This document shows positions 36,163 through 43,584 of a stretch of DNA of 62,366 nt, piece after piece. The stretch spans positions 1 to 62,366 of the IMG/VR virus record IMGVR_UViG_3300045988_033415. One strand, given 5' to 3'. Within the stretch, counting starts at the first letter, position 1; the number at the start of each line of letters is the position of its first letter. The notes under the pieces were generated by a model. That model was not told where the DNA came from. It was given only the letters and a program-made list of their open reading frames with translations, and ran no database searches. The translations under genes were made by a program, and so were the position numbers. The DNA is from a virus.

Positions 36163-36263
36163 AAAAATTCCTCCTTATAATGTTAAAATTTTAATACCCC
36201 TATAAAGAGGGGAGAACCGCCGCCAGTATCGGTCTGGCTGGCATCCTCTGCGGCGGTTTTCAC
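36163..36263 (-). repeat. Intergenic GC-rich hairpin module, copy 2
   Basis: AACCGCCGCAGAGgATG...GGCGGCGGTT plus CCCCT-ctttat-AGGGG hairpin, AAAATTTT, RBS; partial third/fourth copies near 34752-34774 and 34901-34923. Confidence 0.7.
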
Positions 36264-36473
36264 TTAAATAATCTCTGAATATCCTAAGATTTTAACATCT
36301 GCTGGAATGCAGAAGAACATCACACCGGACGGCTCATAATCTGGAACGTAAGAAGCGTTATAACTTCTTCCGTCATTTCCAATTGCCAGATATTCGCCGG
36401 CTGTATGCTTCTTTGCGATTTCCTCAAAACTTATTAAATCCTCTGTATTTATCTTTCTTTCTACAACTGTCAT
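36264..36473 (-). CDS. Hypothetical protein (69 aa)
   Basis: ORF track. Confidence 0.65.
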   Translation of the reverse strand: MTVVERKINTEDLISFEEIAKKHTAGEYLAIGNDGRSYNASYVPDYEPSGVMFFCIPADVKILGYSEII

Positions 36474-36552
36474 ATCTATTCTCTTTCTGGTCTGCCATCA
36501 TCAGAGCCGGGAGACCATCCCACGGCTGACGCTCCGAAATGGAGCGTTTCGG

Positions 36553-36732
36553 CTATCTTTTTCGGCTGTAAAAATTCTCGCAAACCTCATCAAACTCCTC
36601 CGGCTTGGCGATAAAACGGACGCGGTAGCCGTTGCCTCGGAGAGCATCTGCATAGGCTCTCTTCGTTGTAAAAGTATCATTTTTTACAACTTGTATCTCG
36701 CCCTCATATCTCACGCTTGCCATTAACATCAT
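36553..36732 (-). CDS. Small hypothetical protein, 59 aa (below track cutoff), first gene of minus-strand operon
   Basis: Hand translation MMLMASVRYEGEIQVVKNDTFTTKRAYADALRGNGYRVRFIAKPEEFDEVCENFYSRKR; RBS GGAGGTGA. Confidence 0.65.
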   Translation of the reverse strand: MMLMASVRYEGEIQVVKNDTFTTKRAYADALRGNGYRVRFIAKPEEFDEVCENFYSRKR

Positions 36733-36822
36733 ATATAGTCACCTCCTTATTTTTGGGTACAACAAACACATGTTTTGTATTTGTTCTATTTCCCTTTTGT
36801 TGATATTATAATAGCATATATA

Positions 36823-36927
36823 ATGCACTTATACAATATGCAACATTCACAAATAATGCACTTATATGTTGTGCAAAGTGTATAATGCACTTATAATCTT
36901 GACAATCTCATGCACTTATATTATAAT
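36823..36927. promoter_or_regulatory. Four ATGCACTTAT boxes (36823, 36856, 36885, 36910) and consensus promoter TTGACA(36899)-17-TATAAT(36922); box 4 lies in the spacer
   Basis: Read directly; divergent region between minus operon and RHH gene. Confidence 0.75.
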
Positions 36928-36958
36928 ATGAGCATTAAAAGACAGGAGGCATTATTAT

Positions 36959-37165
36959 ATGAATAAAATAGACGAACCTAAAACGCCACAGTCACAGCGC
37001 GACGCTGTACGGCGGTACGAGAAGAACAACGACCGCATTAATGTCATATTTCCAGCAGGGACCCGCGCCAAAATGGCGGAGCTTGGAATTGACAAGCCGG
37101 GCGCATTCATTAAGGAGGTAGTTGCTGCGGAGCTTGGGCGAATTGAAAAGTATAAAAATAATTAA
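36959..37165 (+). CDS. Arc/MetJ-type ribbon-helix-helix repressor candidate
   Basis: NDRINVIFPAGTRAKMAELGIDKPGAFIKEVVAAEL strand-helix-helix pattern; flanked by its putative operators. Confidence 0.6.
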   Translation: MNKIDEPKTPQSQRDAVRRYEKNNDRINVIFPAGTRAKMAELGIDKPGAFIKEVVAAELGRIEKYKNN

Positions 37166-37170
37166 AAATA

Positions 37171-37215
37171 ATGCACTTATATACTTGACATTCTAATGCA
37201 CTTATGATATTATAA
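37171..37215 (+). promoter_or_regulatory. Two more ATGCACTTAT boxes (37171, 37196) with promoter TTGACA(37185)-17-TATTAT(37208); box 6 in the spacer
   Basis: Read directly; drives 37296..37607. Confidence 0.7.
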
Positions 37216-37295
37216 TGATGTCGGAAGGGAGAAGATAAGAATTTCCGAACGTGTGTTTGCTACACGAAAAATTAAAATTCAGGAGGAATAAAATC

Positions 37296-37607
37296 ATGAC
37301 AGTTAAGGAGTACGTTAATAGTTGTTTACAGTTTGCAGAGGATACAAGAGAATGGGGCGGGCTTAATGAATATCACTTCTACAGCACGACGGAGGGCTGC
37401 GGCTACTGGTATGAATCCTGCGACAATGCCGAGGGTGGACTTGATGTAAGTTGGGCTTTCAATTTAACAGCAGAGCAGATACGAGACGAGGGAGCGCAGC
37501 ATTTTGTTGATGAACTAGCAACGCTGATAAGATGTACCGCTGACCAGTGCGAGGACGAGCGCGACACTGAAATGTTGTACAGCGATTTAAAGTATTTTGA
37601 GCATTAA
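37296..37607 (+). CDS. Hypothetical acidic protein (103 aa from ATG 37296)
   Basis: ORF track frame; RBS AGGAGGAA. Confidence 0.7.
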   Translation: MTVKEYVNSCLQFAEDTREWGGLNEYHFYSTTEGCGYWYESCDNAEGGLDVSWAFNLTAEQIRDEGAQHFVDELATLIRCTADQCEDERDTEMLYSDLKYFEH

Positions 37608-37610
37608 AAA

Positions 37611-37650
37611 AACGAACCGGGCGAGGTTAAGAACTTTCCCGGTTCGTTTT
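37611..37650 (+). terminator. Terminator AACGAACCGGG-loop-CCCGGTTCGTT + T-run
   Basis: 11-bp perfect stem read directly. Confidence 0.85.
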
Positions 37651-37820
37651 CTGCTGTAAAGTGCCTATTAAATTAAATAATAAATGGCTCCTGCCAAGTC
37701 ACGACCGATTAAACAACGATACCAAGCGACATTAACGGTCGGCACTTCCAGCTCTCATAGCATACATGATTTACGGCTGGTTGTCAACGTATCAGATAGT
37801 ATATTGATGTATTTTAAGCA

Positions 37821-37964
37821 TTGACAAGTCCACGGCTAACTGGTATTATCATAGACGGGCGAGGGCGAAGAACTCATGGCAGTATCGCAAATAGCACAAT
37901 GACAACCGCATATCTCACACACCTATAATTTTAGACCAATAACAATCCGTTATGTGGTCTTTTT
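37821..37964 (+). ncRNA. Candidate ~110-nt sRNA: promoter TTGACA(37821)-17-TATTAT(37844), no ORF >7 codons, terminator AGACCA-loop-TGGTCT + T4 (37933-37964)
   Basis: Promoter and terminator read directly; no RBS-led ORF between them. Confidence 0.5.
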
Positions 37965-38148
37965 GTCGTTCTGTTAATATCTTAACAATGTATCTTATTT
38001 AATCCCATGTCTTTAAGTTATTTATGTATCGTATATTATTATAAAATTTACTGTCATAGATTAAGAGCCTGAGCCCTTATATTATATTTATTAATACATA
38101 GGGCTGCTGGGCAGATGAACACAGCCCACATCATTGCATTAACGTGAT

Positions 38149-38225
38149 AAAATCTGTATACAAACTGTCAACAAAGTGTAGCCTAGAGAAGACTAGATAA
38201 GATTAGACAAGGTAAGATTAATGAG
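38149..38225 (+). promoter_or_regulatory. Conserved non-coding element copy B (core 38149-38187) with AAGATTA repeats (38199, 38214; again 38397, 38403)
   Basis: 35/39 identity to 2218..2256; upstream of terS. Confidence 0.6.
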
Positions 38226-38430
38226 AATGTGTAAATAAATAATCGGTTTTTTAAAAACGTATATAATTATATACTGTATATGCGATTAGTACCAAAGTAC
38301 TATGCATAAATACCCCAAAGTTATATTTTATATACTTTATGTATATAGTCATGTCACCAATCATGTGATATGATAATTTCATGTGTGAGAGAGATTAAGA
38401 TTAAGATTATGATTTGGAGGTGATTATATT

Positions 38431-39057
38431 ATGAGTAACGATAATAATAGTTATGATATTCAGACAATTAGAACTGTAGACGATATGCGTATTATCGCTA
38501 GTGATATAGTCACTAATTACTGTGATAGACATGGTATTGATGAAAATGATATATTCCCGTCTATATGGGCTGACATAATTACAGAGTTAAACATATTATT
38601 ATTTACTCCATGTAATAAAGTACTTAAAAAAGTAGACGGTACTCATAATGAGTATGACATAGACAAAGTTGAATATGTTTATAATTATATATATAAACGA
38701 TTGTGTAATAGTCATTGTCAAGAAGTGACATTAAAAGGGTTCCTTGATATGACTGGTATACATAGACAGACATTATACGACTGGGAGAGCGGTGCGCTTA
38801 GCTCTCAGCGTTCCGATTTGCACGAAAAAATCATGCAGGATAACGAGGAGAGTCTGTTTAACCTGATGAAAGACCGCCGATATAATCCGATGAAAATACT
38901 GCCGAAGCTGAACAAGGTGCACCACTGGAACATGCCGGGTGTCAAGGTTGAGAAGCCAGCCGAAGCGCTCGGAGCCGATGCCCTGATACAGCTTGGACAG
39001 CAGCCAAGACCGCTTGAGCTGTCAGATAATAGCTCAGTGATAGACAGTGATAATTGA
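38431..39057 (+). CDS. terS: Terminase small subunit (putative)
   Basis: HTH-like TLKGFLDMTGIHRQTLYDWES and C-terminal NPMKILPKLNKVHHWN block; first gene of structural operon. Confidence 0.6.
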   Translation: MSNDNNSYDIQTIRTVDDMRIIASDIVTNYCDRHGIDENDIFPSIWADIITELNILLFTPCNKVLKKVDGTHNEYDIDKVEYVYNYIYKRLCNSHCQEVTLKGFLDMTGIHRQTLYDWESGALSSQRSDLHEKIMQDNEESLFNLMKDRRYNPMKILPKLNKVHHWNMPGVKVEKPAEALGADALIQLGQQPRPLELSDNSSVIDSDN

Positions 39058-39428
39058 TGTTTTGCCACTGACAGTTGTCACACAATTTAATACAATTCAC
39101 AAATGCCCTATTTACAAGGGTTTGCGGATTTACAGCCTATTGTAAACTATTCGCAAAAGTTAGGTTTAACGAATAGTTAAGCAAAACAGAATGGAATAAT
39201 AACGCTATTGCATGAATTGTTTGAGAATTGTGTATAAACAGACTGATGGCACGGGACCAGACCGGGTGGGGGTTATATGGTTGCTAGATACGCCCCCTCT
39301 AAGTGCCAAAAACTCCGACAAAAATAAAAAGCCATGGCATAGATAGGGTAGCTCCCAACAAGCTATAAGCCTTAATAGCTTCTATGCCATTCACAATAAG
39401 GCAAATATCAGAAAGGCAGGTATAAGCG

Positions 39429-40115
39429 ATGAATGAGTTGAAGATTTTTGGGAAAAAGGATTTTTGTAAGATAAAGGATTTTCAAAAAGAAAAGCCAAAC
39501 TCGGTTGTAGGGATTATATATGTGATAGGATATAACAACAGTTTTTGCAAAATTGGTATGTCTTCGTTGCCGGCAGATAGAACATTGGCTTTACGTCATT
39601 ATATTTCTGACTATATGCAGATGTCAGTTGACAAGATAGCTATAAGCAGCTGGCACACAAATTACAAGCAAAACGAAAAACTATTACATGAAAATTTTTC
39701 AAGTTGTCGTATACCGAATACTGAATTGTTTTCATGTGATATCCAAGAAGTTACTGAATTTATACAAAATGATGGCATCAAGTTTGAAGATAATTCTGAA
39801 GAGATTTTGAAGAATATACAAAGAGGTAGCGATGCAGTTGTTGAATTTGGAAAAGCTATCATGCGGGGCGATTTTGAGCAGAAAAGCGAAAATACTTTTG
39901 ATGAAAAATACAATAAAATGTTAAAAGAGTCAAATAAATTAACTGACGAAATCCTTTTTTCGGCGAGGTTTTTAGTTGATAGCTATAAAGAAGCATTAGA
40001 AACTCGCATGGAAAAAGAACTGAATGCACTTAAAGGGTATTTTGTTGATAAATGGATACAACACGGACTAATAGATAAAGAAAGTGTTTTTGATTCACAG
40101 CAAAAAAATGACTGA
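39429..40115 (+). CDS. T5orf172/GIY-YIG-like domain protein
   Basis: GIIYVIGYNNSFCKIGMSS...NEKLLHENFSSCRIPNTELF pattern. Confidence 0.6.
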   Translation: MNELKIFGKKDFCKIKDFQKEKPNSVVGIIYVIGYNNSFCKIGMSSLPADRTLALRHYISDYMQMSVDKIAISSWHTNYKQNEKLLHENFSSCRIPNTELFSCDIQEVTEFIQNDGIKFEDNSEEILKNIQRGSDAVVEFGKAIMRGDFEQKSENTFDEKYNKMLKESNKLTDEILFSARFLVDSYKEALETRMEKELNALKGYFVDKWIQHGLIDKESVFDSQQKND

Positions 40116-40142
40116 AAAGCTTTTAATCGGAGGAGTAACAAA

Positions 40143-40517
40143 ATGACAGGCAAAGAATATCAGCAGTTGGCGATGAGAACCAACGATGGACTTAATAGAT
40201 TGCGTTTAGAGGACGCAATCGCAAATCAGGGTGACATATCGGTATCACAGTTGCTTAACGGAGCATTAGGGCTTACTGGTGAAGCCGGAGAAGTCTCAGA
40301 CCTCATAAAGAAAGGCATATTCCACGAAAAAGGCATAGACCTTGAACATCTCAAAAAGGAGCTGGGTGATTGCGCATGGTACTTGGCAATGATATGTGAC
40401 GCTTGCGGATTTACGCTTGATGATGTCATGCAGACGAACATTGATAAACTCAAGGCGCGTTATCCCGAGGGCTTTGACACATACAGAGCTAACAACAGGA
40501 CGGAGGGTGATATATGA
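40143..40517 (+). CDS. mazG: MazG-like nucleotide pyrophosphohydrolase
   Basis: LGLTGEAGEVSDLIKK...LKKELGDCAWYLAMI...NIDKLKARYPEGF. Confidence 0.8.
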   Translation: MTGKEYQQLAMRTNDGLNRLRLEDAIANQGDISVSQLLNGALGLTGEAGEVSDLIKKGIFHEKGIDLEHLKKELGDCAWYLAMICDACGFTLDDVMQTNIDKLKARYPEGFDTYRANNRTEGDI

Positions 40518-40711
40518 TAACGGATTTGGTAGTATTTGGAATTTTATGTATGCTTGAAGCTCCTGTATGGTGCTTCGTGGCAATCGGTATATCGGTTTTA
40601 ATCAGGGTAATCAGCTTTGGTATGAACTTGGGTGCCAGACAATCAGAAAAAGCCTTAGATGAGGCAATAAAGAGGTCATTAAATGAAATATCAAGGCAGA
40701 GAGATAAATGA
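40514..40711 (+). CDS. Small membrane protein
   Basis: ORF track; two hydrophobic segments; ATGA overlap with mazG. Confidence 0.6.
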   Translation: MITDLVVFGILCMLEAPVWCFVAIGISVLIRVISFGMNLGARQSEKALDEAIKRSLNEISRQRDK

Positions 40712-40859
40712 TGAGTGCTCATGTTGCGGTAACATATTTGAGTGTGTGCTATTCCTCAAAGGTCACGGCATAGGCACAGAGCGTGAGCATGTGGCGGATA
40801 TGATTAAATGCCAATTTGAGCACAAAGAAAGGAATGATAAAAGCAATGGGGATAATTAA
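40683..40859 (+). CDS. Small Cys/His-rich protein, 58 aa (below track cutoff)
   Basis: Hand translation MKYQGREINDECSCCGNIFECVLFLKGHGIGTEREHVADMIKCQFEHKERNDKSNGDN; RBS AGAGGT. Confidence 0.4.
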   Translation: MKYQGREINDECSCCGNIFECVLFLKGHGIGTEREHVADMIKCQFEHKERNDKSNGDN

Positions 40860-40971
40860 ATTTCTCGGTCTGACAGTTCTGGGGATATTTATAATTGGCG
40901 TAATAATAGTACTCATAGTGAGTTTTGCCATAGCCATAAAGGCACTTATACAGATATTCAAAGACATGTAA
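40846..40971 (+). CDS. Small single-TM protein, 41 aa
   Basis: Hand translation MGIIKFLGLTVLGIFIIGVIIVLIVSFAIAIKALIQIFKDM; preferred over antisense track ORF 40749..41000. Confidence 0.4.
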   Translation: MGIIKFLGLTVLGIFIIGVIIVLIVSFAIAIKALIQIFKDM

Positions 40972-40974
40972 TTT

Positions 40975-41046
40975 TGGGCTATCGCCAAGCGGTAAGGCAC
41001 AGCACTTTGACTGCTGTATTCGTGGGTTCGAATCCCACTAGCCCAG
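40975..41046 (+). tRNA. tRNA-Gln (anticodon TTG), no encoded CCA
   Basis: Hand-folded cloverleaf: TGGGCTA/TAGCCCA acceptor, loop CTTTGAC, T-arm GTGGG-TTCGAAT-CCCAC. Confidence 0.9.
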
Positions 41047-41282
41047 CTTGGTCATTTATGACCACTGTTTTACTCACATTGTCATGTGGCGTAAAACCTC
41101 CTTTACGATACCTATTAGCGGAAAACTGTTAAGAGCCGTCACAAGGCTCGATAGGTTTACGGGTTTTGTTGCTGTAGTTCCCCAGTGTTCCATAACATAC
41201 TAAAAGAATAGCAACAGTGCGGACAACATAAGCCGGGAAGCTTGCGACACTGCTGATTCTCGCTGTCGCCCGTCTGCACTTA

Positions 41283-41356
41283 CGGAATATAGCTCAGTTT
41301 GGCAGAGCGCTCCGCTTGGGACGGAGAGGTCGTAGGTTCAAATCCTGCTATTCCGA
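41283..41356 (+). tRNA. tRNA-Pro (anticodon TGG), no encoded CCA
   Basis: CGGAATA/TATTCCG acceptor, D-arm GCTC..GAGC, loop CTTGGGA, T-arm GTAGG-TTCAAAT-CCTGC. Confidence 0.9.
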
Positions 41357-41448
41357 CTGCCTCGAATGAGGCACAAAGCAATACCCCTTTTGATTCAATT
41401 TTCGTGTAGCCTTGCCACCGCTCGGCAAGTAAAACAAAGAGCGGATAC

Positions 41449-41520
41449 GGCGCATTAGTCAAGTGGTTAAGACACCGCCCCTTCACGGCGGAGGCGTGAG
41501 TTCAATTCTCTCATGCGTCA
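41449..41520 (+). tRNA. tRNA-Glu-like (anticodon TTC), atypical: C at position 33 and a U-U mismatch in the T-stem; no CCA
   Basis: GGCGCAT/ATGCGTC acceptor (one G-U), anticodon stem CCGCC/GGCGG, loop CCTTCAC. Confidence 0.6.
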
Positions 41521-41540
41521 TTTAGACATAAACTGTCTAT

Positions 41541-41613
41541 TGGCATGTAGCTCAGTTGGTAGAGCAATCGGCTGTTAACCGACGTGTCGTGGGTTCAATC
41601 CCCACCTTGCCAG
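41541..41613 (+). tRNA. tRNA-Asn (anticodon GTT), acceptor U-U and 27-43 A-C mismatches; no CCA
   Basis: D-arm GCTC-AGTTGGTA-GAGC, loop CTGTTAA, T-arm GTGGG-TTCAATC-CCCAC. Confidence 0.8.
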
Positions 41614-41623
41614 CTAATTATTT

Positions 41624-41706
41624 GCCAACATGGTGTAATGGTATCACAGCGGCTTGCTAAGCCGTCCAACAGAAATGTTGTACAGGTTCAAATCCTGTTG
41701 TTGGCG
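41624..41706 (+). tRNA. tRNA-Ser (anticodon GCT), class II with variable arm CAACA-GAAA-TGTTG; no CCA
   Basis: GCCAACA/TGTTGGC acceptor, loop TTGCTAA, T-arm ACAGG-TTCAAAT-CCTGT. Confidence 0.85.
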
Positions 41707-42063
41707 TTTCGCATACAAGTGAAATGGAAATAGAGTTGTTGGTTACCTTTATTATCCTAAAACCAACCGGTATGCGAGTTGATGTGTGGCGGAAAAGGTA
41801 GACGATAATCAGATATACAAGACTTCGCTCGGTGAGACTGCGTAACGATATATGCAAGCGAGATAGCGTGAAACATCCCCTTAATTGGTTGCAAAAGCAA
41901 TGCTACCCATTATACCAATGGATGCGGAAAGTTTGGAAGATGTTCCCATAGACTTGCACGAAGGGTAAAACGAGGCGTCGGTACACGCCTATTGTATATT
42001 ATGTGTGGTGCAAATCCACACCACATCAATTTTTCAATCAAAATCGAATTACGGAGGACTACG

Positions 42064-42282
42064 ATGGACTATTTTGGCATGTATAGAGATATATGGACAT
42101 TCCACAAGAAGTACATCGACAAGATAAAATTTGCCGATGATAAGATGTGGGCTGAAATAGTAGCAGAAAGTAGTGAACTCGGAAAGAAATATGATAACTG
42201 TGGTTTTATTTTGGCATTGACAGTGAACGAGGTGAATGAGTTTGAGGAGATTAGCAAATCTGTACATTCGATGCAAAACTAA
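42064..42282 (+). CDS. Hypothetical protein (72 aa from ATG 42064)
   Basis: ORF track frame; RBS GGAGG. Confidence 0.65.
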   Translation: MDYFGMYRDIWTFHKKYIDKIKFADDKMWAEIVAESSELGKKYDNCGFILALTVNEVNEFEEISKSVHSMQN

Positions 42283-42310
42283 AAACTTAAAGAGAATACC
42301 ATTGTTTACG

Positions 42311-42475
42311 ATGATGTTTGATTACCGCAAATACAAGGCACAAGGTAAGAAAGACAGTTGCACAATGTATTGTCATCCAGACATAGCGAAAGATGAATTT
42401 GTAAAGAGCAAATTGCAGGAAGTTGTTGACTATATCAGAGATAATTATGATTTGGAGATTTTTACGAAGATTTGA
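42311..42475 (+). CDS. Hypothetical protein (54 aa from ATG 42311)
   Basis: ORF track frame; weak RBS. Confidence 0.45.
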   Translation: MMFDYRKYKAQGKKDSCTMYCHPDIAKDEFVKSKLQEVVDYIRDNYDLEIFTKI

Positions 42476-42483
42476 GGTGCGAT

Positions 42484-42702
42484 ATGTGTAAGTTTTGTAA
42501 AGGTAAATCTAAAACTATAATTGCTGATTTAAAAGTATATAAAGACAGAACTGTAACGGTTACTTCCACAATAGTAAACGGCAACACCTTAAAGTTTTTT
42601 GCAACTTTGCAAAGCGGACATTTTGTCGGGCTCATTCCGTTAGAAGCAGAAACAAAAATATCTTACTGCCCAATGTGCGGTAGAGAGTTGGTGAAAGAAT
42701 GA
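42484..42702 (+). CDS. Zinc-ribbon hypothetical protein
   Basis: MCKFCKG...CPMCG; RBS GAGGTG. Confidence 0.6.
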   Translation: MCKFCKGKSKTIIADLKVYKDRTVTVTSTIVNGNTLKFFATLQSGHFVGLIPLEAETKISYCPMCGRELVKE

Positions 42703-42869
42703 AACATCAAAAAGAATGGCGCACTTGCGACAGATGCGGAAAAGAAATAAAAGCAGGCTTGTTGTGTACGAATTCAATCACAAGAAACGGCATTTTTAAT
42801 ATAACCTACGATTTATGTAATGAGTGCATGGAAGATTTTAAGAGGTTTATAAAGAATGAGCAAGATTAA
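42699..42869 (+). CDS. Small zinc-ribbon protein, 56 aa (below track cutoff)
   Basis: Hand translation MKHQKEWRTCDRCGKEIKAGLLCTNSITRNGIFNITYDLCNECMEDFKRFIKNEQD; ATGA overlap. Confidence 0.55.
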   Translation: MKHQKEWRTCDRCGKEIKAGLLCTNSITRNGIFNITYDLCNECMEDFKRFIKNEQD

Positions 42870-43134
42870 AGAAATACTTCATTGTTTGCAACTTAATAGC
42901 AGAATAAGGCACAATATAAGATATGCACAAAAAGAATGGTTCTTTTCGTACTTTAAGCACTTTAGAAGAGATTTAAACATGCCACTACTCAATAGCATTA
43001 AGCAAGCAAGAGGAATATCAAAAAATATTTTAGAGTTGGGGTATATGCCGGACCTTATACATGATTCTGTAATGCGTATTAGATATTCAAGGAGATGCAA
43101 TACTCGTGTGTGCAGAGCTGCTAGGAATGATTAG
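42856..43134 (+). CDS. Hypothetical basic protein
   Basis: ORF track; RBS AAGAGG. Confidence 0.5.
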   Translation: MSKIKEILHCLQLNSRIRHNIRYAQKEWFFSYFKHFRRDLNMPLLNSIKQARGISKNILELGYMPDLIHDSVMRIRYSRRCNTRVCRAARND

Positions 43135-43147
43135 AGGTTTATGAGAA

Positions 43148-43363
43148 ATGAATAACATTGACAAATCTTTATCCAAGTATCAATCTTCACCTAAAGAAGC
43201 ATTAAGAGATTTTGGTATAGATATTTCCAAGGAAGCGGTAGAAAAATACGCTTTGGAAAAGTTTGGCAGACTGCCACAAAGCCACTCTGAAATGACTTCC
43301 GCCAGAGACTCTAAGATAATTGAGGAAGCAAAGGGGTTTATAAGTAATGGAAGAAAAAATTAA
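43148..43363 (+). CDS. Hypothetical protein
   Basis: ORF track. Confidence 0.6.
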   Translation: MNNIDKSLSKYQSSPKEALRDFGIDISKEAVEKYALEKFGRLPQSHSEMTSARDSKIIEEAKGFISNGRKN

Positions 43364-43574
43364 GATAATATCTGACGGCAAAACTGCACAAATATTTATT
43401 GACGGCAAAAAGGTAAACTGCACGGATATGGAGTTACATTTTATCGGCCATTCAAACCAGAGTCCGATGATTAGAGTTGATGCACGTTGGCATAAAATGG
43501 ATGAAAATGGAAACACAATTCTGAATGAGAATAAAACCGGCATATTGACAGAGGGTATCAAAATAAATTGCTAG
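43347..43574 (+). CDS. Hypothetical protein, paralog of 1704..1925
   Basis: MEEKIKIISDGKTAQIFIDGKKVN vs MENSRIEIKTDGAFSQIFIDGKKLN. Confidence 0.7.
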   Translation: MEEKIKIISDGKTAQIFIDGKKVNCTDMELHFIGHSNQSPMIRVDARWHKMDENGNTILNENKTGILTEGIKINC

Positions 43575-43584
43575 GAGTGGAAAT

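Noticed and set aside
36823-37205. Could the repeated ATGCACTTAT boxes be a CRISPR array?
   Set aside because: The repeat is only 10 bp, the spacing is irregular (25-33 bp, then a 260-bp gap containing a gene), and the boxes sit inside promoters. They are operators, not CRISPR repeats.
37655-37790. 47-codon ATG frame and a CGACCG(A)TTAA...TTAACGGTCG hairpin after the 37611 terminator.
   Set aside because: There is no RBS and the composition does not look coding. The strand of the hairpin cannot be assigned without expression data.
41280-41486. Track ORFs overlapping the tRNA array (40749..41000, 41280..41486, 41657..41857).
   Set aside because: They run antisense through tRNA genes or structured RNA. 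For 40749..41000, a co-oriented 41-aa TM ORF with an RBS on the plus strand is preferred.
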